Assembly (NCBI GenBank): GCA_010093995.1
Contig: ML992519.1
Span: forward strand, 101,519 to 165,518
Length of the DNA: 64,000 bases
Direction: 5' to 3'
DNA from: Elsinoe ampelina
Taxonomy: Eukaryota
The translations under genes were made by a program, and so were the position numbers. Shown here piece after piece: positions 50,128-61,749 of the stretch (the first letter of the stretch is position 1; every line of letters starts with the position of its first letter). Under the pieces are notes generated by a model, which was not told the origin of the DNA, searched no databases, and was given only the letters and a program-made list of their open reading frames with translations.

Positions 50128-50590
50128 TATTACGAACTAGTAGAACAGCTAGAATATAGGGACGTTAGGACTAATTAAGCTACTAAGATTATTACGTAAC
50201 TTAGCCTAATATTTACCTAGTTCTCTATCTTCTCTAGTAGCTCTACTTCTAAAACTATAAAGTATATAGATTACTAGTAGACGTATACTCTATATTGCCT
50301 CTAACTCTTACTATAGAGTATATAGAGCATATAGAGAACGTAATAGAGAATATATATATATAGGAATAGTTCTTACCTTATGTAAGTACTATAGTTAACC
50401 TTATCTAGATAGTAAATACTAGTATTACTAAGGCTAGCCTTTATAATACTATCTAATTGTACTTTATTATCTATAAGATATACCTTCTTTAACTCTTACC
50501 TTAGTACTATACTACTATAGAAGTAGAACTACCTTATTCCTAGCTTAGCTTAGACTACTAGCGTAGGCTATATTTAGACGGTTTATAATA
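50128..50590 (+). repeat. 5' LTR
   Basis: Direct repeat of 56686-57148 with the same length; termini TATTAC...ATAATA are consistent with RIP-mutated TG...CA. Confidence 0.93.
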
Positions 50591-50706
50591 TTTTAACTAC
50601 TCTTACTATAGTATAGTACGCTACGAGGTTAATAAGTAACTCTTGCTCTAAGTTACTATTAGTATCTTTAATCGCTAGTAAGCTAGAAAAGCTTACTATT
50701 AATAAC

Positions 50707-52695
50707 ATATCTACTACTAGTTTAACCTCGAGTAAATATAGAAGGTCTTTTAGTATAGAAGAACGAAGTAGGCCTAAGTTAGAGGTAGAACTCTTCTATA
50801 GGGACTACGCTTACTTAAGGCACTTTCTTATTTAACTTAAAGCCTTCTTTACCCTAGAGAGAGACAAGTATAGTAATAACGTAGTAAAGGTCCTCTATAC
50901 TAGGATATACCTTAAAGGCGCTACCTTTAGGTAGTTTAAGCCTTATATAAGTAGCTACCTAGATAGATAACTAGGCCTAGATATAAAGGCTATCTTTAAG
51001 AGCTTTAGTATCTTCTAGATAAAGATTAAGTAAGTCTTTAATATATCTAATAAGAAACATATCGCCGTAATAAAGATCTAACAATTATAATAATATAGGT
51101 CTATAGTCTAGTACTATTTCTAGTTCTAATAACTCGTAATACACCTAGACTAGGACGATAGTACTAAATACTTAGTATTCTATTAAGGACTAAGCGACTT
51201 AGTTAAAGACTAAATAATACTCGAGCTACCTAATAGCCTTTAGAAACTAGTAGACACTATAATTACTATTAATAATAGACTTTATAAACGACATATAGAA
51301 CGTTATAGGGGATATAAGGTAAATACTAGATATATACGTTTCTCTCGAAACTATAGAGACTCTATAGAACTTAATACTATATACGAAGGCTACCCCTTAT
51401 AGGTATAAGGCTATAGCTATAAAGGAAAGTTCCTTAGTAGAAAAGAGAGAGAGAAGTATAGACGAGATAACTTATATTTTAAGTATAAAAGACCTAGGTA
51501 TTAGGCTAGGGACTACTAATAAGAGGCGCTAGCCGATAGATTATATATAATAGTTACTAGGCTAGTAGAAAAAAAGGCTAATACTACTATAGAAGACCTA
51601 ACGACTTTTAGCATAAGTAAGAAAATATAGAAGAAGTCTACGACAACTTAAGAGGTAATAGAATTCTCTCTAGATATTATGCTTAATATCTCTATAACTA
51701 ATAGTAAATAATAAAGCTAATACGCGACGCTATTATAGATAGTATATTATAATAACTCTTATTATATTTACTTATTAGATAAGTAAAGATCTAGTTAGTT
51801 CCTATATAAGCTATCTAAGCGTAGGTAACTAATAAAATAGCTAGACTAGAGGCTTAACCTAGAAAGGCTCTTTATAATTAGTAGTAATATTAACTAACCT
51901 TAGAAGGTAGTTAGTAATAATTACTAATATACAATTATTAAGATAAAGTATTAAGACGTAAGTACTACGCGACAATATAGTAGTCTTACCTTTAGCTCTT
52001 ATAGCGAACTATAAGGAAAGGCATATTATATATCGCTCTAGAAATATATAAATCTAAATTACAAATAGTACTATACTATCTACTTATACGATATACTTAG
52101 AGAAGACGCTATTAGTCTTAAATACACTATAGACTTCTTAGTAATTAAGATAGATAGTACTATTCCCTATAGCTAAGTAAAAGAATATACTTAGTATAGC
52201 CTTACTAACTATAACTATACTAGGGGTAGTAGCGACAAAGAGAAATATAATAAAGAATATACTAAATAACTACGATATAATAATATAGATAAGGACTTAT
52301 CTAATAATAATAATAATAATAACGTACTACTATTAGGTAGACGACTTAAAGTATACCTTATAGAGATATAGAGGAATTATATAATAATATATATCTACTA
52401 CTAGAATAGAACGTAATAAGACGAATCTATATAACTTATTTTTATCTTTAATACTAACGCCTAGCTATACCTAGAAGGAATAGTTATACCTATATAGGTA
52501 TATAATACTACTTAGTATAACTAGTAGAGAATTATTAGACTTTATAGTTACTAAGAGACTTAGGCGCTAGAAGTTTACCTTACTATATTAAATAGTAACA
52601 AAACATAACTTACCTAATAGATATAGTACTAATAGTAGATACGTATAGGAAGGAATTAGCTACTTATCTAAGGAGCTATAATAACAAAAAACTAG
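50707..52695 (+). pseudogene. gag (extended), RIP-inactivated
   Basis: A single frame from ATA (probable ATG) at 50707: retrotrans_gag-like region, DSIELN (DPMELD), zinc knuckle LYFKYKRPRY*ARDY (CFKCGRPGHQARDC) at 51472-51516; ends ...AAA AAC TAG. Confidence 0.75.
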
Positions 52696-55600
52696 CTAGT
52701 TATTGCCTAATAAAGTAAGATAATAATACTAGCTAAAGCCTTAATATAATAAAGATCTATATGTTAAACTACTTTATACTAGAAGTCGAAATATAAGAGA
52801 GTAAGGTAAGAGCAATAATAGATTTAGAAGCTAACTATAGCTACGTCTCTATAATAGTTACTAATTAGCTTAAACCTTATTAATACTAAAAGGAGTTACC
52901 TTACCTACTTACTATAGCGAATAGAACCTCTATAGGGAAGAATAGAAAAGTTACTTAGGAACTATAAAACGTTATAATCTAAATCGAAATATATATAGAA
53001 AAACAATTAATCGATATAGTTAATATATAGTATAATATAGTACTTAGTATAGACTAGCTTTAATAATATAATCTAGATATAGACTAGATTAAAGAAATAC
53101 TTAAATTCCCTAAGTACAATTATAGAATATAGAAAGTATAATTGGCTCTATAGATACTAACTATAAGAATAATATAGGTATAACTAATAGTTAGAGCTAT
53201 CGCTAGCGTAAGTAATTAAGTACTTCCGCTAGAATATAAAGACTTTAAAGACTTATTTAAAGAAAGAAAAGGTATTATAGTCTTACTCTAATATAAACTA
53301 TAGAATTACGAAATACCTTTCGAAGAAGATAAATCCCTAATACACTATTAAGGTCTTATACTACTATCGAAATAAGAGAAGAATATCCTTAAGAACTATA
53401 TCGATAAGTACTTACTTAAAGGATTTATACAACTATTAAAATTACTTATTATATACGGAGTACTTTTTATACTAAAAAAGGATAGAACGTTATAAATATA
53501 TATTAATTACTAGAAACTTAATACACTTACTAAGAAGAATCACTATCCCCTACTAAGAATTAACAAACTTTAAGACTAACTACTTAGAGCTAAATAGTTT
53601 ACTGTAATTAACATTAGAGATGCCTATTATTAAGTATAAATAAAGAAGAGTAAGAAGTAGAAGACGGCTTTTAGGACGTAATAGAGTCTATATAAGTACC
53701 TCGTTATACTCTTTAGGTTAACTAATACTCCTATAACCTTCTAAGAGTTAATTAATAATACTCTATAAGAATACCTTAACAATTTTATCTTAGTATATTT
53801 AGATAATATTATTATCTTCTTAAAGATATGTAATAAACACGTAGGACATATTTATAAAGTACTATAGAAACTAAAAGAAAAAGACCTACTAGTAAAACTC
53901 TCTAAGTATAAGTTCTATAAATATAAGATATAATTTCTAAGCTATATTATATCTACTAATAGTATTAGACCCGATCCGAAGAAGATTAAGTTAGTAAATA
54001 ACTAGCTAGAACCTACAATAGTTAAGAAGGTTTAAGCGCTACTAAGGTTCTTTAACTACTACTATAAGTTTGTTAAAGAATTCTCTAAGGTAGCTACGCT
54101 AATATCTAATCTTACAAAAAAGAAAACTAGCTTTATCTTTAATAAGAGATATAGGTAGGCCTTTAAGAAGCTAAAGCTTAGGCTTATAATAGTACCTATT
54201 CTAGTACTCTTCGACCTAGACCGATAAGTACTACTAGAAATAAATACCTTAAACTTTATAATAGAAGTATATCTAGCGTAGAAGAGTGTAAAAGAATAAC
54301 GCTACTTAATTATATACTACTTACGAAAAATAACTAGACCTAAACTTAACTATAATATATATAATAAGGAATTACTTATAATTATAGAAGTATTCTATAA
54401 ATAGAAAGTATACCTAGAAGAGATAACCTTACCTATATAAGTCTATACTAACTATAAGAACCTTCTATATTAGATAATAACTAAGGTTCTTAATAGATAA
54501 TAGGTTCGATAGTTAGAAACACTTATAAGCTATAACTTCTAGATCTACTATATTAAGGAATTAAAGAATAGCGAAGTAAACGCTCTTAGCTACTAGCCGA
54601 ATTACTTAAAAAACATAATAATAATAGAGGCCTCTATACTAAAGTAGTAGAATAGCGCTCTAGTCTATAAGCACCTAAAGGTAGAGTAGTTATATAGCCT
54701 TACTTAGGAGCTTACGTAAGAACGAAAGAAAAAAGTTATTTAAATATACTATAATAATCTAATAGCGGAACATAGTAGAATTAATAAGACTATTAAACTT
54801 ATTATATAAAACTACCTCTAGAAAGAACTCTAAAACGATATTAAGATATATATCGCTACCTACGATATATACTATAAGTCTAAGCACTCTTAATATAGAC
54901 TATATAGCCTACTATAACTCTTACTACTACTAGATAAACTATAGTAATTAGTTATAATAGACTTTATAGGACCTCTACTACTATTAGAAGAACCTCTTAT
55001 AGGTGTAAAGTATAATAGTATTCTAGTTCTAGTAGATAGATTTACGAAGTATTACTACTTTATCCTATATAAGATAATAGTAACTACTAAGGATATAGCC
55101 TTTATCTTTCTCTAAATAATTGTTTTATAATATAGAGTACTATAAGACCTAATAACTAATAGAGATAAGCTATTTACGTTACAATTCTAGTAATTATTTA
55201 TAGATCTACTAGGAGTTAAATATAAGCTATTAATCTTCTTTTACCTATAAACGGACGAATAAACTAAATAAGCAAATTAAGTACTAAAGTAGTACCTACG
55301 ATGCTACTTAAACTATAAGTAAGACTTATAGGTAATACTATTACTACTTATAGAGCTTACTATTAATAATAGAAAGTTAGCAAATAGAATTTTACTATTC
55401 TATATAAACTATAGAATATACCTAGATCTATACTATAATATACTTAGAATTAAGCTAGTATCTAAGGATACTAATATACTAGTAGCTAATATTAAGAAAC
55501 TATATAACTAGCTATACTATAATATAGTATTTATATTATAAAGAATAGTAGAGTTTACTAACCAGAAGAAAATTACAAGACTAATTCTATAGGAGAGAGA

Positions 55601-56040
55601 GAAAGTTTACCTCCTTAGTAAAAATATTAAAACGAAATAACTAAGTAAGAAACTTAACTACACTAAACTAGGACTCTTTAAGATCCTAGAAAAGAAAAAT
55701 AAGAATGTATATAAACTAGAACTACTAAGACATATAAGAATTTATCTAGTCTTTTATATATTACTACTAGAGAAAGCACTATAGAATACTATACTTAGAC
55801 CTATTAAACTAGAGAAAGAAATATAAGAGCTATAGTATAAAATAGAAAGAGTTTTACGTTATAAACTTATAAAAGAAAAACGCTACTATCTTATTTACTA
55901 GAAGAGATATTAGTATAGTAAAGTAATATAGAAACTAGAGAAGTACCTTACCTCGTAAGTAATTCTAAATTACTAGATCGAGAACCTATCCTAAGTAAAC
56001 TAACTAGATAGACCTAGCACTCTAAACACTAAATAAAAAT
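52686..56040 (+). pseudogene. pol (protease, RT, RNase H, integrase, chromodomain), RIP-inactivated
   Basis: In the -1 frame relative to gag: AIIDLEAN (D-S-G-A protease) at about 52812, VYLDNIIIF (YLDD) at about 53793, RNase H near 54240, FYL*TDE*TK (HPQTDGQTE) at about 55240, GLF (GPF) at 55671, and chromodomain YKIERVL...YLIY*KRY...*KLE from 55836. Confidence 0.88.
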
Positions 56041-56062
56041 AAGAACGCCTAAGAAAGATTAC

Positions 56063-56611
56063 TTAACTAATAGAAGTACCTTAATTGTTGCTAAGTAAGA
56101 AACTCTAATTAGAGTTAGGCATAAATAACTACTAGTTCTATAGTAGGACGAGATCTACTAATAATAGTATTTCCTTCTACTTTAAGACTCGAATATAAGT
56201 CTCTTTTAGAGAGATTACTTTCTCTACCTTATCCTCTAACTTTTATATCTCTTTATATAGGTAAAGCTTATTACCTATAGCTCTTTAATAAGTCTCTTTT
56301 ACCTTTTTATAAGCTTCTTTAGCTTCTCTTCTAGTAGTCTTAGCTATAACTAATTCCTTTCGTAAATAAATATACTTAGACTAAAGACGCTACTATTCTA
56401 ATTTTGTTACTTAAATATTATAACTTAAATAGTTACTTACGATATACTAGCTATAGATACCTAACTAAATATAGACTTTATAGTCTAGCCTCTTCGATTT
56501 ATAATAAGAATAAGCCTATAGTATATTAGTTCTAAATAGTTTAATAAACTCTAAGAGATTCTTTCGTATAGATATACTAGATTTACTATACCTTCAACAA
56601 CTAGGAGACAT
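56063..56611 (-). pseudogene. Antisense accessory ORF of the Gypsy element (putative Cys6 zinc cluster plus coiled coil), RIP-inactivated
   Basis: ATG at 56611 is in frame with TAT codons spaced x2-x6-x8-x2-x7 (56512-56420), followed by an E/K/R/A-rich helical stretch. Confidence 0.55.
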
Positions 56612-56670
56612 ATTTAGTATATAGCATATAAAGATAAGAAAAAATACTTACTTATTAGAACAACTCGATT

Positions 56671-56685
56671 AAAGAAGAAAAGTAA
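56671..56685 (+). other. Polypurine tract
   Basis: AAAGAAGAAAAGTAA immediately before the 3' LTR. Confidence 0.7.
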
Positions 56686-57148
56686 TATTACAAACTAGTA
56701 AGATAGCTAAAACATAGAGACGTTAGGACTAATTAAACTACTAAGATTATTACATAACCTAGCCTAACATTTACCTAGTTCTCTATCTTCTCTAGTAGCT
56801 CTACCTCTAAAACTATAGAGTATATAGGTTACTAGTAGACATATACTTTATACTACCCCTAACTCTCGCTACGAAGTATATAGAGTATATAGAGAATATA
56901 ATAGAGAATATATATATATAGAAATAGTCCTTACCTTATATAAGTACTATAGTTAACCTTGTCTAGATAGTAAATACTAGTATTACTAAGGCTAGCCTTT
57001 ATAATACTATCTAATTGTACTTTATTATCTATAAGATATACCTTCTCTAACTCTTACCTTAGTACTATACTACTATAGAAGTAGAACTACCTCGTTTCTA
57101 GCTTAGCTTAGACTACTAGTATAGGCTATATTTAGACAGTTCGTAATA
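56686..57148 (+). repeat. 3' LTR
   Basis: Direct repeat of 50128-50590, followed by TSD ATACC. Confidence 0.93.
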
Positions 57149-58129
57149 ATACCTTAGTAAGGTATAAGAATATTACTTCTATTACTATAACTAGTATCTA
57201 CTAGATAATAATAACCTTTAAGTATTTTAAAGCTTTAGGTTTAAGCTAAATTTAGCACCTTAGAGTTATATATAGATCTCTTCTATCTAGCTAAGATAAA
57301 GGTAAAGTATATATTAAAATTTACTACTACTAGTATATTCTAAGATAGTATACCTTTATAATTCCTCTAAGCTAATAGCTCTCTAGTTATATAGACTAGA
57401 ATATATAATCTATTAAGCGCTCTAATATAGTCTTTAAGATAAGGCTAGAATTTATAATTTTAATAAAACTAGATAGGTATATTCTCTACTTTAGTTACTA
57501 GCTTTACCTCTCTTAAATAGAAGCTATATAAGCTATTAATAACTAAATAGAATATACCTCTAATCTACTATAGTAAGCACTTTACTAGTACTACTATTTA
57601 ATAATATAATAAGCTAGCTATAATAATATAGAGAAAGATAAGAAGATAGTAATAGGCCTTAAATATTATATCTCTAGTTAATAGTACTCTTTTATCTCTC
57701 TTAAGGTACTAAAGAAAAGTATTAAATATTAACTAGTAGTACCTTAAGAACTAGTAGAGGTACTTTAGATAGTCTAGTATAGTATTAAGGAAATTAACGC
57801 CTCTATATTAATTTATTTAGTATATTAAAGAGATAGTACTAGAGAGAAGACTACTACTTTTAGTAGTAATTATATAGCTAGAGAAGAATAACTATAGTAA
57901 GGTAAATAGTAGTATTAGCTATCTATAGAGGAGTCTTACTAATTAATAAATAGATTAATAAATTATAAGTCTTATATCTAACTACTACTATCTTTAATAA
58001 AGGTCTCTTCTAAATAAAGTATTACTAGCTAAGTAGCTTTACTACCTCTATAGCTTTAATACTAGCTTAAATAAGCTTAAACTAGCGCTAATTATTAAAC
58101 TTAATATTAAGCTACCTTATTAAGTATTT

Positions 58130-58174
58130 AGAAGAAGTAACTTATTAAATAAGAAATAAAGACTTTATAGGCCC
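58130..58174 (-). repeat. Right TIR of the PIF/Harbinger element
   Basis: AGAAGAAGTAACTTATTAAATAAGAAATAAAGACTTTATAGGCCC followed by TAA. Confidence 0.85.
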
Positions 58175-59295
58175 TAAGTAGATTAGTAGAACTATAGATA
58201 GTAGAATATATATACTCTAACCTAATATACTTTAGCCTCTTATAACTTTATTAAGTAAGTATTATAATATAGAAGTATATTTTAGTACTTATAGCTACTA
58301 GAAATAGTCTAGATAAAGCTAATCTTAATAAAGATAGAACTAAGAGTAATAAGCTAAGTTATAGTCTTAATTATAAGATATAGCTAGTACTTAGCTTTAG
58401 TAGACAACTAAGCTCTCTATATAAAGGTAATATAGTTAAAGCTAGCTATACTATTAGCTATTCTTACTATTAATCTCTCTATACTATTTAACTTATATAT
58501 TACTATTTATTTTTCTATATAAAAACTAATATCTCTCTCTATACTATTATATTTACAATTTTGACCCTGGCTACTATTTAGTCTATACTAAATTAGGAAG
58601 TTAGCTAGCCTACTTAGGTAAGAAGCTTTATAGAAAGTTTATAAGAGCTGTATTATCTAGCGTTTTTGTCTAAAACTAGGCCTATTCTAGCCGATCTCGC
58701 GAAGGAAAACGCCAAGCCTAGTCACCTTATACTAATAATCTCTCTCTACCGTTTAAAGCCTAGTTCACGAAGCCTAACGGTATAACCAGCTTTGACTGTA
58801 TGTAGCACCGGCTTGTTATTACCGGGCAGAACGTCTTAGAAGCCGCCACGTGCCTTATCGAGGAGGACCATGTCCTGCTGTGCGCTGTCTGCGACAGAGA
58901 GTCTCCGAGTATGCACCAAAGGCGCGGAATTCCGTCGGCTTATGTTGAAATGGATCAAAGACCGATCTGCAGAGTCGTACCACGTGGCGGGCTATCCTTT
59001 AGCCATGGGAGCCGCAAGTGGATTACCTCGCGTGTGAGGTCCGGGGTAAGGACGTTTACGGTTCCGGTCTGGAATTGTTATTGGGGTTGGATCTAGCTCG
59101 GCAAAGCATGTCTTGACTAGTCTGTGACAATGCTGGGTATCAATTCGTTCGACTTGTCTGAAAGCCTATATCTTCGTGTAAACGTAGTGCCGCACAGAGC
59201 ACTTGGCAACGGGAGGTGATAAGTACTCTGTTTGATGCGAGGAGCCACGTATTCCTAGCCCGCCCAGAAACGATCATCTGTCATGTCTGTGAGAC

Positions 59296-60668
59296 TCATC
59301 GATTGGCGCGTTTGTTGGTCCACAATCCCATTGTTGTCTCCTTGATCTTCCGTTCCTGCTCTTTGATCTGGGCTTGTGTCTGGCCTCTCGCGTTGCCCCG
59401 ACTGTCTCCGACCTCTTCCATTTGAACATCCCCATCATCGTCAGTGTTGGGTCGAGCGTCTGCTAGAGTTTGAGCGACACGATCTGGGTTCGTGCTGGTG
59501 GCTCCGTCCATCATGCCCATGGCACCTCCAGCGCGGAGCTGATTGATAGCGCGTACGGTGTCAATAGCCTTATGGAGTGTCCGGCGGGCGTTGAAGTTCT
59601 TCTTGACCGTGGGCAACAGATCTTCCTCGCCTCTTCCACCTTCTGGTCCTGCGATCCATTCGTGGGCTAACGCCTCATGTGCCGTCATGCGTTTCGTTGG
59701 GTCGATCGTCAGGCAGCGTTTGATGAAGGCGCGGGCTGACAGCGATACGCCCCTCCAGTATTCGATTGGGGTGAAGGAGTAGTCGGCGACAAGGATGGCT
59801 TGCATTTCTTCGAGATTGGAATCGCGATCGAAGGGTGTGTAGCCGCACAAGAGGAAGTAGGTAATGACACCGATGGCCCAGACGTCACTGCAGGTTATCA
59901 GCAAGGTATTTCTCCAGCGATTGCGACTTTACTGACACTGGCTTGCCATGACCAGTCTTCTTGAATATTTCGGGAGCCATGTAGCCTGGCGTGCCGCATG
60001 TCGTAGTCAAGACATGGAATTGCTCCTCGTCCATGATGCGGGACAGGCCGAAATCTGCTATGAGCAGGTCTGCATTGTCTTCCGGGGTACGAAACAGGAG
60101 ATTCTCCGGTTTGAGGTCACGGTGGACAATACCGTGGTCGTGCAGATAAGCTACTGCGGACAAAGTCGCTCGTATGAGGTCTGCCGCGTCCGACTCGTAG
60201 TATGATCCTTTCCTGCAAATGCGGTCGAAGAGCTCACCACCGAGCGCCAGGTCCGTCACCAGGTATACTGAGCTTCATCAGCCTTGAATGCGATTGCCTG
60301 GCAAGGAGACGACTCACAATTGTTCATGGTCTCAAAGTAGTCGACCAGTGTGAGGATGTTCTGGTGTCCCATTGACACTCTCTTCAATACCGCAATCTCA
60401 TTCCTGACCATGTGCTCTCTCCCCATCATCAATCGCTTGTTGATCACCTTGGCCGCGTAGAACCTGGCACTGTCAATGGGTCGCTCGTTATGGAGTGGTG
60501 GGGAATGCTGACCGGCCAGAGTCGATATGTACACATTCCTGCGCAAGTCAGCAAGACATTATACAGATCTCAGAATCCACTCACCTTGACGACACTGTAC
60601 GATCCGGCACCCAGCGTCTTGCCGGTCTTGTACCTGCAGGGCTGGACCTGAGGTGTCGGAGTAGACAT
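59296..60668 (-). CDS. cmkB: Ca2+/calmodulin-dependent protein kinase, CmkB type; 4 introns
   Basis: MSTPTPQVQPCRYKTGKTLGAGSYSVVK|ECVHIDSG|.FYAAKVINKRLM...YFETMNN|...HRDLKPEN...DFGLS...CGTPGYMAPE...; CaM-binding FNARRTLHKAIDTVRAINQLR. Confidence 0.88.
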
Positions 60669-61749
60669 GGTTTGTGCCGATGACTGGGAGGTCGAGGTCA
60701 GGCGCTGAATGCTCGGTTGCGGCTCCGAATGTTCTGGAGTAGCTTGAACTATGGCGCAAGGAATTTGCTGCGTGCTATGATTGTGCAATGGCTGTGTGAG
60801 AACATGTGAATTAACAGATAGCGCTGCTGACTTTCAAGTTTCAGGTGACACGACCGAAGCGACAAGGCAGGCAAGTTTCGGCTAAAAGGTGGGGTATCCG
60901 GCCCGCCCCCACTTCCCGTCGACTGTGCACCCTCTCCACTGCCTGAAATAATCACTATAAGATATAATTCTGGTAATTATATTAGCTCTATCTTTCGATA
61001 CCAGATATCTGATTCATCTACTCGTGTTGTGATAGCTGTTACAACCAACCACACCTTTCAGATTGCGGAAAAAGGACGCAAACATTATGCGAGTGGAGAG
61101 GATTGTGCACTTCAACTTCGGTGACCATACTTGATGAATTTCTTAATGCTTTGCACGATTGATTCAGTACTCCGACACAGCTTCTTCAAACCCCATGGAT
61201 GTTGACACTTGACTCACTCACTATCTAACAAAAATATCAGTCAACTTGTCTCGAGGCTGCATTGTTGGATAGACCGCCACCATCGCGTGACCGCGTGATG
61301 CGAATTTCCTGGTCATCTGCCACTTTGGAAAATCACAGTCGTGTTGCCATTGCGCATCGGACGAGATTATCACCATCCCATATCCTCATCAGTCGGTAGT
61401 GCATCGACGCTTTCGTCGCATTTCATTGAATCATTACCAGATTAGCGCTGCAATGCTTCCAGTAATCTGATCGACTTTACTCAAATAATGCACCACACGG
61501 GTCTAAGGCTGCAGCGCAAGCAGTCATCAACTGTGGCCACGCGCGCACCTGATCTGCTCAAGACGGAATGATGTACTCGACTCATCCTTACATGTCATCT
61601 GTAGGTAGCGTATGCTGCTTGCTGTCTCGGCATAGCCATGTTTACCACCCTTTGACCGCCATCTCTCCTCCACAGCATCTCTGCTTCCACAGTCTAGCCC
61701 TACTTTCAAGTCACTATATCATGACCAAGCCCTAGCAGATCTGCGTATC

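Larger units (their letters stand above)
50128..57148 (+). mobile_element. Full-length RIP-degraded Ty3/Gypsy LTR retrotransposon (chromovirus), 7021 bp
   Basis: Two 463-bp LTRs, 5-bp TSD ATACC (50123-50127 and 57149-57153), PPT, and gag-PR-RT-RH-IN-chromodomain remnants in conserved frames. Confidence 0.95.
49708..57900 (-). pseudogene. Harbinger DDE transposase, RIP-inactivated and split by the Gypsy insertion (5' part about 57149-57900, 3' part 49708-50127)
   Basis: Reads KDYIRALNRLYI (KDCIGALDGSHI), RNYKGILS*N (RNRKG.LSQN), ILAR*KRSIYNSKV (LAGWEGSAHDS.V), YYLVDTSY (YYLADAGY), PY*G|I*YYL (PYRG|VRYHL across the insert), KLFNLYY (ELFNLRH), NIVE*MFSIFKTRF (N.VER.FG..K.RF) and LYNF (LHNF). 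Confidence 0.85.
48318..58174. mobile_element. RIP-degraded PIF/Harbinger DNA transposon (about 2.83 kb without the nested insert)
   Basis: TIRs of about 45 bp: GGGCCTGTGAAGTCTTTGCTCCTTATTCGATAAGTTACTTCTTCT at 48318 is the reverse complement of 58130-58174, differing only by transitions. 3-bp TSD TGA/TAA. Contains a Myb/SANT ORF (+) and a DDE transposase (-). Confidence 0.88.

Noticed and set aside
48400..58700. AT-rich block as a centromere, NUMT or alternative-genetic-code region
   Set aside because: Almost all of it is explained by two RIP-mutated transposons; the stops arise at Trp/Gln/Arg codons as expected from C>T/G>A changes.
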